Of a stretch of DNA of 64,000 bases, positions 39,035 through 50,046 are shown piece by piece. This DNA is from a virus. Location: IMG/VR virus record IMGVR_UViG_3300040801_001025, positions 1 to 64,000 of that record; one strand, 5' to 3'. The first letter of the stretch is position 1. The number at the start of each line of letters is the position of its first letter. The notes beneath the pieces are model-generated. The model did not search any database and was not told the origin of the DNA. It saw only the letters and a list, made by a program, of their open reading frames with translations. The translations under genes were made by a program, and so were the position numbers.

Positions 39035-39475
39035 TTACAGTGTGCCAGAAGTGAGGGGTTTGTAAACAATCTCAATACCCTCTGGTACTTCCTTTCTCTT
39101 ACGCTTTCTGACCTTGTTAGGACCATTCATGTTGAACTGTGGCAGTGGGCCAATTACTCTAGTTACATAGTCAATAGGAAAGGCCCTGAATATAGAAGAT
39201 GCTTCTTCTACTAAGTTTCTCTTAGAAAATTCTACAGAAATAGGATAGCGATCCCCATTCGAATCGTACCATTCATAAGCAATACGAATCAAATCCTCTT
39301 CGCTGAAGTTTTCTGGTCCACATAAGTCTATAACATAGCTGTAGATATATTTCTTGCTAATGTTATCAATGATATTCAAAAAGCTTTCATCGTTAAATCG
39401 GATTAATGTAATGAATTCATACCCATCGTAATCTTCGGGATGTGGTTCTACAACTAATGGAAATTTTTTATTCAT
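39035..39475 (-). CDS. hypothetical protein
   Basis: ORF track; ATG39475 after AAGGA. Confidence 0.65.
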   Translation of the reverse strand: MNKKFPLVVEPHPEDYDGYEFITLIRFNDESFLNIIDNISKKYIYSYVIDLCGPENFSEEDLIRIAYEWYDSNGDRYPISVEFSKRNLVEEASSIFRAFPIDYVTRVIGPLPQFNMNGPNKVRKRKRKEVPEGIEIVYKPLTSGTL

Positions 39476-39539
39476 GGCAATTCCTTGTATCTTTATATTT
39501 ATGAACAAGATACGATGATGTTAAGATGGCTATATTAAC

Positions 39540-39854
39540 TTATATGGTTTCTATAACACCGCACGAGTCGCCTTGCTTGTAAACCACAAAGTTAATATAT
39601 CCAGCTTGAGCAGATGTTAAAATAATTCTAAACTGATTAGAATTATCAATAATGATTTGATCTGGAAGTATCTGCTCATCATTAACAAATACTTGCAATC
39701 CAATATTCGTAGAATCATTGTTATGCTTTACTACCCATTCTGTAGATGGCGTATCTTGAAAGAAAGTATACGGACACAAAGTGAACGCGTCACTTAGCAT
39801 CAAATAGAATTCGCCCGTATCTTTACTTCTGTGTATTTGTCTTAATGTACTCAT
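39540..39854 (-). CDS. small beta-rich structural-type protein
   Basis: W.V.HN..V.V..Q.PD.I..D.N..I.F domain shared with the N-terminus of 39870..44240. Confidence 0.6.
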   Translation of the reverse strand: MSTLRQIHRSKDTGEFYLMLSDAFTLCPYTFFQDTPSTEWVVKHNNDSTNIGLQVFVNDEQILPDQIIIDNSNQFRIILTSAQAGYINFVVYKQGDSCGVIETI

Positions 39855-39869
39855 TTTATTATATTCCCG

Positions 39870-42800
39870 TTATGATGTACTTTGTGCCGCTACAGAGTTC
39901 AATACGTTTCCGCTCGAAGCGATGTCACCAACATCAGTACTTGTTGTGAATGGCGCAGCAAATGGGAATCTATCAATTCTATTAGATAACGTGTCGCCAG
40001 CGTGATAACCATCACTTGCTGATCGCAATGCCCTACCTAGACGTTTTGGTACAGCTAGATCGCCTACATCGGTGGCCGTAACAAAAGGTGTTGAGAATGG
40101 GAACCTATCGACTTGTGCAGTCCCTGCGCCACCGGGGAAATTAAGATCACCTGCAACAAAGTAACCATCACTATCAGATTGTGTTCCACCAGTTCTCCAG
40201 CGTTCTGTAATTAGATCACCAACGTCAGTTGATGTTACAAAAGGTGAGGACAATGGGAAGCTCTCAATAGTATTAAGCAAAATAGGTGCAGGGTTATTCG
40301 GGTTTCTACCACCCGAAACATAGCCATCTGTATCAGATTCGTGTCCAGAGCCATTAACGCTGGCTTGTGTCATATCACCAATGGCGCTTGAAGTTGTAAA
40401 CGGAGCACTGAATGGGAATGAACGAATACTACTTCTGACAGCCGGACTTAATGTTGGTTCAAATCCACCAATTGTAAATCCTTGAGAACTTGATAGATCA
40501 CTCACGCCTGAAGCATTAGCAATAGGAGCTATCAAATCGCCTACATCGGTAGCCGTTACAAATGGTGATGATGCTGGTATTCTATCAACAGACGCATAGA
40601 TAATTGGAACACCACTATCGAAGCCGCCTGCTACAAATAAATCAGTACTTCCACTATGACCTGTGGCAACTGATCGATTAGAATTCAAACTACCTATGTC
40701 TGTAGCTATGGTAAAAGGTGATGATAGTGGGAACGATCTAACGTCATTGTACACAATACTCGGTGAACTACTGTAACCACCTGAAATATATCCATCATTA
40801 TAACTTAATGCCCCTGCTGATGGCGTTGGTGTAACTGTAGGTGTCGGTGTGGCAGTCGGAGTTAATGTAGGTGTAACTGTCACAGTTGGTGTCGGTGTTG
40901 GCGTTGGCGCAAATCCCGTGCCATCTTCTAAGCCAGAAGAACCTCGTGCGATACCACCTCCGATATCACCTACATCAGTGCTATTTGTAAATGGCGAACT
41001 GAATGGGAATCTTGTAATAGAGAATAAGGTTACGGGTGCTAATCCACCACCGATGAATCCATCTGTGTTGCTTGAGTGACCAGAGGCTTGATATCTGCCA
41101 GTAGGTCCAATATCTCCAACATCTGTTGCCGTTACAAATGGAGCCGAGAATGGGAATCGATCAACCGTTCTAACTGAGCCCGGTGCTGTACCTCCAGCCC
41201 TATATCCGTCAGTGTCAGAATTATGTCCCGTACTCAAGTTGATAGTTTCAGTTAGATTACCAACATCTGTGGCTGTAGTAAAGCTTGTAGTAAACGGATA
41301 GCGTTCAATCGTATTTACAAACGGTGTGACAGGTGTTCTACCGCCCATAGTATAACCATGGGTGTCTGATTGTGTTCCAGCAAAACGATTTGTAGCTACA
41401 TTCAAATCACCTATATCAGTTGCAGTTATAAATGGTGCTGCAAACGGATATTCTTGAATTACGTTGGTAACGCCCCCGGCGCTATCACCGCCAGCAACGT
41501 AACCACTGTTACCATCACTTGAAGCACTCAAGTTGAACAGTCCGGTTGTTAAGTTTCCAACGTCGGTTGTGGTTGTAAATGGCGACGTGAAAGGGAAACT
41601 CTCAACACTATCACTTCTTCCAAATGGACCCGTGCCAGTAGCGCCACCCATCACATATCCATCAGAACCTGAAGCTGCACCTTCGCCTACAAAAATTGCC
41701 ACTTGTAGACTTCCAATATTAGTCGCATTTGTAAATGGTGAACTGAACGGGAATGATCGTATTTCAGAAGTTGATACATTAGCTGGAGTAGTGTAACCAC
41801 CTGCTGTATAACCTGTAAACAATCCTTCTAGCTCTGATAACGGTGTTGGAGATGGTGTAGGAGTAATCGTTACCGATACTGTAACGGTTGGCGTCACTGT
41901 AGGCGTTGGCGATACTGGCACTCCTGAAGATGATGGCGTAACTGTTGGTGTCAACGTTGCGGTCAACGTTGGTGTCAACGTTGGTGTCAACGTAGTAGTC
42001 GGAGTTACACTAGCAGTATTAGTTGGCGTCACAGTTGGCGTCACAGTTGGCGTAATCGAAGCTGTTGGTGTTACACTAGCAGTTACGGTAGGTGTATTAG
42101 TTGGCGTTGCTGTTAGTGTCGGCGTCACAGTTGGCGTAATTGAAGCTGTTGGCGTTACACTAGCAGTATTAGTTGGTGTAATCGTTGGCGTTGCTGTTAG
42201 TGTCGGCGTAATCGAAGCTGTCGGAGTTGGTGTCACGGATGCACCCGGCGTACCTGCTGGTGTTCCAGTAGGTGTCAATGTTGGCGTAGTGCTTTGAGTA
42301 ACAGTAACTGTTGGAGTCACTGTCGCTGATGGTGTTACGGTAGCAGTTACTGTAGGTGTAACAGTATTTGCTGGTGTTACACTTGGTGTAGTAGTTGGCG
42401 TGATTGTAACTGTGGCCGTTAGCGTCGGCGTAATCGAAGCTGTCGGAGTTGGTGTCACGGATACGCCCGGTGTACCTGCTGGTGTTCCAGTAGGCGTTAA
42501 TGTTGGTGTCACTGTAGCCGTTGGTGTTACACTAGCAGTATTAGTTGGTGTAATCGTTGGCGTTACAGTCGCACTCGCGGTTATTGTAGGCGATAATGTT
42601 GGTGTCGGAGTAACGGTAGCCGTATTAGTTGGTGTAAGAATTACTGTTGCTGTTGGAGTTGCTGTAACAGTTAATGTTGGTGTCAGCGTTGGTGTCAACG
42701 AAATCGTTGGCGTAGCTGATGGCGTAATAGTTACCGTGGCGCTCATTGTTGGCGTCAACGTTGGTGTTAGTGAAATAGTCGGCGTCACAGTTGGCGTCAC

Positions 42801-44240
42801 AGTAGCTGTTGCTGTGTTTGTTGGTGTAAGTGTTGGAGTCAACGAAATAGTTGGAGTCACCGAAGGTGTTACCGAAGGTGTCAATGAAATCGTTGGTGTC
42901 AACGTTGGTGTAACTCGCGGGGTAAATGATGGCGTCACCGTAACCGCAGGTGTTTGTGTTGGCGTAACACTTGGTGTAGTAGTTGGCGTCACCGTATTTG
43001 TTGGTGTTAGACTAATTGTCGGCGTGTTAGTTGGCGTCAACGAAACTGTTGGTGTAACAGATGGTGTTACAGTATTTGACGGTGTAATAACTGGTGTAAA
43101 CGATGGCGTCACTGTCACTGGCGGTGTTACAGTTGGTGTTACAGTTGGTGTCACGCTCGTCGTAGGCGTCACGCTCGTTGTTGGATTCGGCGTAAATGCC
43201 GGTGTCTGAGTAACCGAAGGTGTTACCGTTGGTGTAATTGTTGGCGTATTTGTAGCAGACGGTGTTACCGTTGGCGTAATAGTATTCGTAGGCGTCACCG
43301 ATGGCGTTACCGTTGGCGTAATAGTATTCGTTGGTGTCGGTGTCGGCGTTGACGACAAAGTAATGAATGGTGTAAACGGTGGCGTATTCGTTGGCGTCAA
43401 TGTTGGTGTTAACGAAATTGTTGCTGTTAATGTTGGTGTCAACGAAATAGTTGGTGTCAGCGTTGGAGTCAACGAAATAGTTGGCGTCAATGTCGGTGTT
43501 AACGAAATTGTTGGTGTCAACGTTGGCGTAACTGTTGGTGTTACAGTAGCAGTGACTGTGCTAGTTGGTGTTACAGTAGCAGTGACTGTGCTAGTCGGTG
43601 TTACAGTAGCTGTTGGAGTAATACTTGGCGTTGGAGATACGGTTACAGATGGCGTAACCGTAGCAGTCACTGTGGCTGTTGGCGTCAACGTCGGCGTAAC
43701 CGTAGGAGTAGCAGTACTTGTTGGCGTCAATGTCGGCGTAACCGTAGGTGTGTTTGTCGCTGTCTGTGTCGGCGCAGGAGTTTGTGTTGGTGTAACGGTA
43801 GCTGTAGGTGTTACAGCCGCTGTAGCAGTTGCGGTAGGCGTTACAGCCGCCGTTTGCGACGGTGTTTGTGATGGCGTCTGAGACGGAGTAACAGTAACAG
43901 TTGGTGTAACCGTAGCAACCGGAGTTGGTGTAGGTGTAGGGAAGAACGTATCCACACCATAGAAAAAGAAATGCACGATGCCAGTTGTCGGTTCTGAGAA
44001 TTCAAACAGGACTGTATTACCATCGACAATACGGAATTTATCAGGAGTTACTTCTTGATTATTTATATAAACTTTTGCAATAACGCCACGAGTGTTCTGA
44101 CCGTGATCGATGGTCCAAACACTTTGAGCAGTTTCAATAGAAACAACAAAGGCAAGAAGCCCTTCAGCCACTTCAGTATTCCTGATGACATATTTACCTG
44201 TCGCCAAGTCCAGATAAAGTGGCACAATTCTACTTGTCAT
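39870..44240 (-). CDS. giant Thr/Pro mucin-like protein with two C-terminal Kelch-like repeat domains
   Basis: About 700 aa of TPT repeats; about 12 repeats of GYxxGG..FPFSSPF...TDVGDL; SD GGAG. Confidence 0.8.
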   Translation of the reverse strand: MTSRIVPLYLDLATGKYVIRNTEVAEGLLAFVVSIETAQSVWTIDHGQNTRGVIAKVYINNQEVTPDKFRIVDGNTVLFEFSEPTTGIVHFFFYGVDTFFPTPTPTPVATVTPTVTVTPSQTPSQTPSQTAAVTPTATATAAVTPTATVTPTQTPAPTQTATNTPTVTPTLTPTSTATPTVTPTLTPTATVTATVTPSVTVSPTPSITPTATVTPTSTVTATVTPTSTVTATVTPTVTPTLTPTISLTPTLTPTISLTPTLTPTISLTPTLTATISLTPTLTPTNTPPFTPFITLSSTPTPTPTNTITPTVTPSVTPTNTITPTVTPSATNTPTITPTVTPSVTQTPAFTPNPTTSVTPTTSVTPTVTPTVTPPVTVTPSFTPVITPSNTVTPSVTPTVSLTPTNTPTISLTPTNTVTPTTTPSVTPTQTPAVTVTPSFTPRVTPTLTPTISLTPSVTPSVTPTISLTPTLTPTNTATATVTPTVTPTISLTPTLTPTMSATVTITPSATPTISLTPTLTPTLTVTATPTATVILTPTNTATVTPTPTLSPTITASATVTPTITPTNTASVTPTATVTPTLTPTGTPAGTPGVSVTPTPTASITPTLTATVTITPTTTPSVTPANTVTPTVTATVTPSATVTPTVTVTQSTTPTLTPTGTPAGTPGASVTPTPTASITPTLTATPTITPTNTASVTPTASITPTVTPTLTATPTNTPTVTASVTPTASITPTVTPTVTPTNTASVTPTTTLTPTLTPTLTATLTPTVTPSSSGVPVSPTPTVTPTVTVSVTITPTPSPTPLSELEGLFTGYTAGGYTTPANVSTSEIRSFPFSSPFTNATNIGSLQVAIFVGEGAASGSDGYVMGGATGTGPFGRSDSVESFPFTSPFTTTTDVGNLTTGLFNLSASSDGNSGYVAGGDSAGGVTNVIQEYPFAAPFITATDIGDLNVATNRFAGTQSDTHGYTMGGRTPVTPFVNTIERYPFTTSFTTATDVGNLTETINLSTGHNSDTDGYRAGGTAPGSVRTVDRFPFSAPFVTATDVGDIGPTGRYQASGHSSNTDGFIGGGLAPVTLFSITRFPFSSPFTNSTDVGDIGGGIARGSSGLEDGTGFAPTPTPTPTVTVTPTLTPTATPTPTVTPTPSAGALSYNDGYISGGYSSSPSIVYNDVRSFPLSSPFTIATDIGSLNSNRSVATGHSGSTDLFVAGGFDSGVPIIYASVDRIPASSPFVTATDVGDLIAPIANASGVSDLSSSQGFTIGGFEPTLSPAVRSSIRSFPFSAPFTTSSAIGDMTQASVNGSGHESDTDGYVSGGRNPNNPAPILLNTIESFPLSSPFVTSTDVGDLITERWRTGGTQSDSDGYFVAGDLNFPGGAGTAQVDRFPFSTPFVTATDVGDLAVPKRLGRALRSASDGYHAGDTLSNRIDRFPFAAPFTTSTDVGDIASSGNVLNSVAAQSTS
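41840..43940 (-). repeat. low-complexity tandem repeats encoding TPT/TVT/TLT
   Basis: Many 12-30 bp imperfect repeats, e.g. the [10 protein letters not shown] series and a duplicated [11 protein letters not shown] block. Confidence 0.85.
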
Positions 44241-44310
44241 TTACAAACTCCACGGTTAATCATATTTATGCTAGCTACCCCTATAAATACAATACACGGA
44301 GAGGTTATAA

Positions 44311-45114
44311 ATGAGAGACCGCAGAAGAAAATATATTCCTAATCCATTTTTTGATGATCAAAAAGATTTGATTAGTGATGTTGACGAACTTTTAGCTGAC
44401 TATGGTATGGATGATATCGTTCGTGGTAGAGGTCCGCGTCAAGGTTTAGATAAGATGGCACGTTCCATGACTGGTAGTCGTGATGGTGTAATAGGTAGCC
44501 AGTTCCGTCGTGTACTTCGACCAGATAGAACTGAATTACCTTCTGTTGGCCAATTCACCGACGATGATTATGAGCCGAGAAATGCTCGTGGTTCATTAGT
44601 TTATAAAGACCCTGACTATTATAGAAACGAATATAATAGTTTTGACGATTTAGAAGACTTTGATATTGATGCTGAGTTCATTTATAATCTAGAGAATCCT
44701 GAAGAAGATGAGCTTGAAGGCCGTAAATTCGATTTCGATGACGATATGGACGATGAAGAGTTGGATTTCGGTGACGATAATGATACACTAGATGACTCTG
44801 ACGAAGAGGACATGAATGAAGAAGAATCGTCCGATGAGGAAGAAGACCTTGGTCCAAAATACGAGGGTGTTGTCCGAGCGGTCAAGGGTGCGTACTTGGT
44901 ATCACGCAAAGAACAAGCAGATGAAACCTTCACTGAAGTCTGGATTTACAACGTAGGTAAAGACTTCGACTGTGAATCTAATGTTCGCAAAGCTATTTTG
45001 GCTGGAACTGACATTGATCCTACTAAGAATGTATCGGAAGACAAGTCTCAGGAAGCAGTTCTTAAAACTGTTGGTAACGTTCAATTCCTTACAATTACAG
45101 GGTTGCAGAGCTAA
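44311..45114 (+). CDS. acidic hypothetical protein
   Basis: TATAAATA at 44282; SD GAGG. Confidence 0.75.
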   Translation: MRDRRRKYIPNPFFDDQKDLISDVDELLADYGMDDIVRGRGPRQGLDKMARSMTGSRDGVIGSQFRRVLRPDRTELPSVGQFTDDDYEPRNARGSLVYKDPDYYRNEYNSFDDLEDFDIDAEFIYNLENPEEDELEGRKFDFDDDMDDEELDFGDDNDTLDDSDEEDMNEEESSDEEEDLGPKYEGVVRAVKGAYLVSRKEQADETFTEVWIYNVGKDFDCESNVRKAILAGTDIDPTKNVSEDKSQEAVLKTVGNVQFLTITGLQS

Positions 45115-45152
45115 GATAATATATGGTACAATCCACTGATTAGGAGAGTACC

Positions 45153-45566
45153 ATGGATGACAAAAAAGTCGTTTTTGACGGCATCAAAGAAAACCCCAAT
45201 CAATCTGAACACCAAAAAGAGCTAGAACACTACGTGGCACTATTCCGTGTGGCAGTTCGTGCTCAAATGGCCCTCGCCAAAGAATACATGGCGTATCGCA
45301 GTAATGTACTTGAAGCCAAAACGGCACCCAAGAAAGAACTTTACGAGAAGAAGTGTGCTAAAGTCAAGGCTGAGTTTGATGAAGTCAGTGAAAAAGCAAT
45401 GGCATTGGCTGATCTACTTGCGTCGAAAGGTATCGATGTGGACTCCATTGTCGATAAAATGATTACAGAGCATGCCCAAGATCAAGAACAATCTGCAAAG
45501 GACGAAGAATTGGTTGGTGAAATCGCTGAAGTACAAGTAGATGAAATTCCGAAGGATACTGAATGA
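45153..45566 (+). CDS. hypothetical protein
   Basis: SD AGGAG; ORF track. Confidence 0.7.
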   Translation: MDDKKVVFDGIKENPNQSEHQKELEHYVALFRVAVRAQMALAKEYMAYRSNVLEAKTAPKKELYEKKCAKVKAEFDEVSEKAMALADLLASKGIDVDSIVDKMITEHAQDQEQSAKDEELVGEIAEVQVDEIPKDTE

Positions 45567-46147
45567 AATTAGTTGGAATATCTGGTGCCCAAGGACAGGG
45601 CAAAAGCACTACTATAAATGAACTAGCAAAGCAAGAAGGCTTTATTAGAAGTGAAGTGCAAACTGCCAGAAGTATTTTAACAGGATGGCAGTTGACACTA
45701 AACGAAGTTAACAAATATCCACCGTTGAAAGTCAGGTTTCAAGAGGAATTGCTTAGACGCCATGAACAAGCAATCACACTTAATCCTGTGACCAAAACAC
45801 TAGAGCATGGAATTGTTCTTATAGAACGAACATTTGCGGATATTTTTGTATATGCAATGGTTTCACTAGGAGCATATAACGACTATAGTGATTGGCTAGA
45901 AGATTACTACAGACGTTGTGCTAAAGCACAAGAAGAACATTTTGAGCATGTTTTTTATCTGACTGGTCGGCAAAACTATACACCGGAAGAAGATGGCGTT
46001 CGCTCAACAAACAAATTCTTTGCATCTATGGTTGATCACCAGATTGCATATCATAGTATTAAGATGGGTAATTGCCACTATGTCGATACACCAGATTTAA
46101 ATGAAAGAGTTCAAAGGATTATAGACGTATGTACAAACCTAAAGTAA
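45563..46147 (+). CDS. P-loop nucleotide kinase (AAA_28-like)
   Basis: ISGAQGQGKST, ERT..D, EDGVR. Confidence 0.75.
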   Translation: MKLVGISGAQGQGKSTTINELAKQEGFIRSEVQTARSILTGWQLTLNEVNKYPPLKVRFQEELLRRHEQAITLNPVTKTLEHGIVLIERTFADIFVYAMVSLGAYNDYSDWLEDYYRRCAKAQEEHFEHVFYLTGRQNYTPEEDGVRSTNKFFASMVDHQIAYHSIKMGNCHYVDTPDLNERVQRIIDVCTNLK

Positions 46148-46743
46148 TATTTTGTGCTGACTGTGAAACAAGTGGTCTCAATTGGGGCTATGAAGAAGCT
46201 TGTAGTAATATCAAAGTTTGTCAGGATTATCAGTCCGTTCAATGGGGATTTGTAGCAGTTGATGCTACAACCTTAGAAACACTTGGTGAGAAAAAGATCA
46301 ACATCAAATGGAACGGTGTTGCCAAGTGGACACAAGGTGCTGAGAAGATTCATGGTCTTAGTAAAGAATGGCTAGAAGAAAATGGTGTAACTGAAGAAGA
46401 GGCCATTGTTGAAATGGTAGAATTCTGGTCGGAATACGTAGACTTATCGAATCCTATTTTCTTCATGGGTCACCATTGGCGCTCATTTGATCATTTCTTC
46501 TTGGAAGATTTGTTTATCAGACACGAAGTAGAGGGTGTGAAGTTTAGTCATAAAGTGCTAGACACATACTCATTGGCCATGGGAACTCTTGGACTGTCGA
46601 GTTCCGATGATATTTTCAAAGCGGTTGGGCTAAATAATAGAACAACCCATGATGCTTTGGAAGATGCACAAATGACAGTCGAAGCATTTAAAAGGATACG
46701 CAGAATATGGAAAAAGCTATTACAGAACTATCAAGAAAAGTAG
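46129..46743 (+). CDS. DEDDh 3'-5' exonuclease (DnaQ-like)
   Basis: DCETSG, IHGL, FD..FL, LDT, HDALEDA. Confidence 0.85.
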   Translation: MYKPKVIFCADCETSGLNWGYEEACSNIKVCQDYQSVQWGFVAVDATTLETLGEKKINIKWNGVAKWTQGAEKIHGLSKEWLEENGVTEEEAIVEMVEFWSEYVDLSNPIFFMGHHWRSFDHFFLEDLFIRHEVEGVKFSHKVLDTYSLAMGTLGLSSSDDIFKAVGLNNRTTHDALEDAQMTVEAFKRIRRIWKKLLQNYQEK

Positions 46744-46883
46744 ATAGATTGATCCACAGAGTTGATTCTCTTGAAAAAGAGAATGCTTCTCTCAAGAGAA
46801 TGATAGCTAACAATAAGCATCGTATGAACAAAACTACAAAGCGTTTGCGTTCCGCACGTACACGTCTGGATAATATGGCATAA
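46707..46883 (+). CDS. small coiled-coil protein (58 aa)
   Basis: Read by hand: MEKAITELSRKVDRL... ending TAA46883, which overlaps the next ATG. Confidence 0.5.
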   Translation: MEKAITELSRKVDRLIHRVDSLEKENASLKRMIANNKHRMNKTTKRLRSARTRLDNMA

Positions 46884-47275
46884 TGTTAGCTGTTCTTGGA
46901 TTATTAGGTAGGAGCCCCGCATTTACCGGGGTTCTTATTATGGCGCTAGTTGGAGCCCTTGCATGGGGAGGTATCCAAACTTGGCGTATTGGTACTTTGG
47001 AAAATGAAGTACGAGAAGCTGAAAATAAACAAGAACGTGCTGAACAGCAAACACAAGCATGTCGCGACCAAATGTCAGTTCAAAATGAGAGAATTCAAGA
47101 CTTATCTGATGACAGAAAGTTTCGTGACGGGATGATCGATATGCTTAGAGAAAACATCGATACAGAACGTGAAAGAACTCAACGTACAATCACATCTTTG
47201 ATAGATGCCCCAGTTCCAGAAAATTGTGAGGCTGCAATTCAATTCTTACGTGATGGCTTAGGAGACTTCAAATGA
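46883..47275 (+). CDS. i-spanin (Rz-like)
   Basis: N-terminal TM, coiled coil, C-terminal Cys; overlaps a lipoprotein gene. Confidence 0.75.
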   Translation: MLAVLGLLGRSPAFTGVLIMALVGALAWGGIQTWRIGTLENEVREAENKQERAEQQTQACRDQMSVQNERIQDLSDDRKFRDGMIDMLRENIDTERERTQRTITSLIDAPVPENCEAAIQFLRDGLGDFK

Positions 47276-47808
47276 GAGTACTAGTTATCCTAATTGCCGT
47301 ATTGATGCTATCTGGCTGTGATTGGCTTACTAAACCATCTCCCGAGATTGTTTATCAAGAGAAATATGTTCCAGTATCGAATGTACCTAAGCCTCCAGAA
47401 ATTAATTGCCCTCGTCCGTTATTAGAGACCACGCCGACAAATGCATCGGAAGGTGAAATAGCGAAAGCTTACCGTATTTCAGCATTACAGTATAGAGATT
47501 GTTTGTTGCTATATAGAAAGGTAACAGACGTATATGATAGATTAGCAGAGGAAGATAATGCTCGCATTGAAAGGTTTAACGATAATCAAACGCAAAGTCC
47601 GACTGGACCTTTCTCCGCAGGCTCGCCACGGTCTAACCCATCAACTACAGATGGCACTTCCTTTGACGAAGAAGCATTGCGGAGAGAACTTGGTATTGAT
47701 CCAAGTTCAACCGGACCAGTGTCTACCCCAAGAACCGCTAGCGATCCATTCGCCAGTGTGCGGGAAGATATAAACGAAGTAGCAGAGAAAGACTATGAAA
47801 TTAACTGA
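47272..47808 (+). CDS. o-spanin lipoprotein (Rz1-like) with a C-terminal extension
   Basis: Lipobox LSGC, Pro-rich segment. Confidence 0.7.
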   Translation: MRVLVILIAVLMLSGCDWLTKPSPEIVYQEKYVPVSNVPKPPEINCPRPLLETTPTNASEGEIAKAYRISALQYRDCLLLYRKVTDVYDRLAEEDNARIERFNDNQTQSPTGPFSAGSPRSNPSTTDGTSFDEEALRRELGIDPSSTGPVSTPRTASDPFASVREDINEVAEKDYEIN

Positions 47809-48142
47809 TGTGTTAACAGAGAATGCCAAGAAGGATGAGCACAAGCCAGTTTTTAAAGAGACTGATCCTGAAGCTCCATTCCCCAATGATACTATAAAGG
47901 CTCTCGAAAGAGAAATCAACAAGAAAGCGAAGGATTTAGAACGCGATTGGGATTGTGCCATCAGTGTCGTAGACTCATGTTTTAAAGATTTAAAAGTCCC
48001 AAAACCCTCTCCCTTAGTAACTAAAAGATGGGAACAATATGAAGATTTAATTGCTGATGCAGTTAAACAACTTTACGATGCTCGTGGATTAGCTGGTTCA
48101 TGGCGTCAAAGTGGAAACATCTTTAAACAATTCAATAAATAA
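47795..48142 (+). CDS. hypothetical protein
   Basis: N-terminus MKLTDVLTE. Confidence 0.65.
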   Translation: MKLTDVLTENAKKDEHKPVFKETDPEAPFPNDTIKALEREINKKAKDLERDWDCAISVVDSCFKDLKVPKPSPLVTKRWEQYEDLIADAVKQLYDARGLAGSWRQSGNIFKQFNK

Positions 48143-48162
48143 GGGAAAGAGGGATATTTCTC

Positions 48163-49941
48163 ATGAACAAAAGTCTTTACAGAATGCGCGTTTTGACAGG
48201 ACAGGCTCAAGATAGCAGCCTTGTCAATGATCTTTACGAAAACTATGGCATCGATGAGGTCGAAGGCCACGGTAACATTACTGACAAAGAAGGTCCATTC
48301 CTTATGCCGAATGGCCGCACAGTATACTACAGCTTGACCGAGAAGAAATTCTACGATCCAGTTGTTAAACAACCACTGAATGAATCCGAAGCGCGCGATC
48401 TATATAGCTCTGATCGCTATGACGCTGGTGTCATTCTACATGCCTATAAAGATGGAGAAGAAACTCCAATCCGACTAGAATCCGCTGAAGCAATTCCGCA
48501 AATGGCAGACACCATGCTTGCTAACGGTTTCTCACAGTTTTCTGTGAGCATGGACGATGTAATTCGTGCTCCATATGCCCCAGATAGAGAAACTGTTGAA
48601 GAGGCATGCTGGAAGGGTTACACGCAGAAAGGATATAAGAAGAAAGGCGGTAAGCGTGTTCCTAATTGCGTAAAGGAAGGCAAGCTAACTGCTGGCGAAG
48701 CCAACAAGCTTGATAAACTCAAGAAAGAGTACGAAGATGGCTCCATGTACAAGAACATGATTCAGCAGTATGGTGAAGAAGAAGGCAAACAGGTTTTCTA
48801 TGCCACACTAACCAACATGGCTAAAGAAGCAGTTGAAGACGTAGCTGTTCTTGAAAGCAAGAATCATCCTGATGGTGATATGGCTATGCGTCAAGTTCAA
48901 ACGATGCAGAAGAATGTAAAGCGTCTTATGTCCATGCTTTCTGACAGTGCGGACTATCCAGCATGGTGGCAGTCTAAGTTAACGAAGGCTGAAGATTACC
49001 TTGATGTTGTAACAGATTATCTTGCAAGTGAACCAGTCACAGAAGGTGCAGTTGTCCCAACAGAAGTTGCTAAAAAATATAAAGACATTATTCCGAATGG
49101 TGCTTTGAAAAATCTTGGTATGGCTGAAATTGAAGAATTCTATCGCACGATGGCTGATGGAAATATTACAGATGAAGCTGGTGTTAGAGAATTAGTTTCA
49201 AAGTTAGAACAACAGCAGAAAGGTGCAATGAAAGGTGCTGAAGCTGTATCTAGGGGTCGTATGTCTGAATCTGCTCAGCTTGATGAAGCAGCCAAGTATG
49301 CTAAAAAGGCAAGTAAGTCCGGTAAAGAAGTAGGTAGCGACACACCTGATTCCAAGCGTGATCGAAAGAAAGCTGAAAAAGATGAGGCTGATAAAAAAGC
49401 TCCAAATGAAAGCCCATTTGTAAAAGGCGATAAAGTCAAGCATGGAAGCAAAGAAAAAGTTGTGGTTGTACCAAATGGTCCAGCTAACCTAGTAGGTGTA
49501 GCTGACTCCATGGATGGTAAAGTCTCTATGGTAAAAATTGGTTCATTGACTCGTTTGGATGAAGCCGTAGATGCAACTGTTTTTGGTAACACTGGATTCT
49601 ACCACGCTGTTGATGATGCTGAACAGAAGGGTGAGCGTACTGGTAAAGATTACCTTGGTACATCTGTTAAGACGCCTCGTGAAGTTATCGAAGCTATTGA
49701 CAAGCGTATCAAAGAAGTACAAGAGTCTATTGACCGCTATGACCGTAAAGGGTACAATGAGAAGAGTATCAAGGTCAATGTCATTGAGGCTCTAGAGCAG
49801 ATCAAGAAGAACCTTCAGCAAGGTGACTTGGAAGGTATCAAAGAAGCTCAGATTTACTTTGGCACATTGATGAGCCCAATCTGGGATTTCTTCCCGGCTC
49901 AGCTTGTTAACTACATTGCAAAAGGTCCAAGCTCTGAGTAA
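48163..49941 (+). CDS. modular probable internal head protein
   Basis: Modules separated by (L/V)xE sites; WKGY..KG.KKKGG..VPNCV and WWQSKLTKAEDYL motifs; AATAAATA upstream. Confidence 0.6.
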   Translation: MNKSLYRMRVLTGQAQDSSLVNDLYENYGIDEVEGHGNITDKEGPFLMPNGRTVYYSLTEKKFYDPVVKQPLNESEARDLYSSDRYDAGVILHAYKDGEETPIRLESAEAIPQMADTMLANGFSQFSVSMDDVIRAPYAPDRETVEEACWKGYTQKGYKKKGGKRVPNCVKEGKLTAGEANKLDKLKKEYEDGSMYKNMIQQYGEEEGKQVFYATLTNMAKEAVEDVAVLESKNHPDGDMAMRQVQTMQKNVKRLMSMLSDSADYPAWWQSKLTKAEDYLDVVTDYLASEPVTEGAVVPTEVAKKYKDIIPNGALKNLGMAEIEEFYRTMADGNITDEAGVRELVSKLEQQQKGAMKGAEAVSRGRMSESAQLDEAAKYAKKASKSGKEVGSDTPDSKRDRKKAEKDEADKKAPNESPFVKGDKVKHGSKEKVVVVPNGPANLVGVADSMDGKVSMVKIGSLTRLDEAVDATVFGNTGFYHAVDDAEQKGERTGKDYLGTSVKTPREVIEAIDKRIKEVQESIDRYDRKGYNEKSIKVNVIEALEQIKKNLQQGDLEGIKEAQIYFGTLMSPIWDFFPAQLVNYIAKGPSSE

Positions 49942-49970
49942 TCTCCTGACTCCACGATAGTGAGTGTTGA

Positions 49971-49996
49971 AAAAGGGAGCTTTATGCTCCCTTTTT
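49971..49996 (+). terminator. rho-independent terminator
   Basis: AAAAGGGAGC-TTTAT-GCTCCCTTTTT. Confidence 0.8.
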
Positions 49997-50046
49997 GTTT
50001 GCCTTGATAAATACAAATGAGAATGATTATTACTATGGAAGACGAT

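Noticed and set aside
42400-43881. Val/Gly-rich plus-strand ORFs
   Set aside because: Antisense shadows of the Thr/Pro repeats.
41840-43940. CRISPR-like or DGR-like repeat array
   Set aside because: Repeats are in-frame, degenerate at third codon positions and lack unique spacers or adenine-specific variation; no cas or RT gene.
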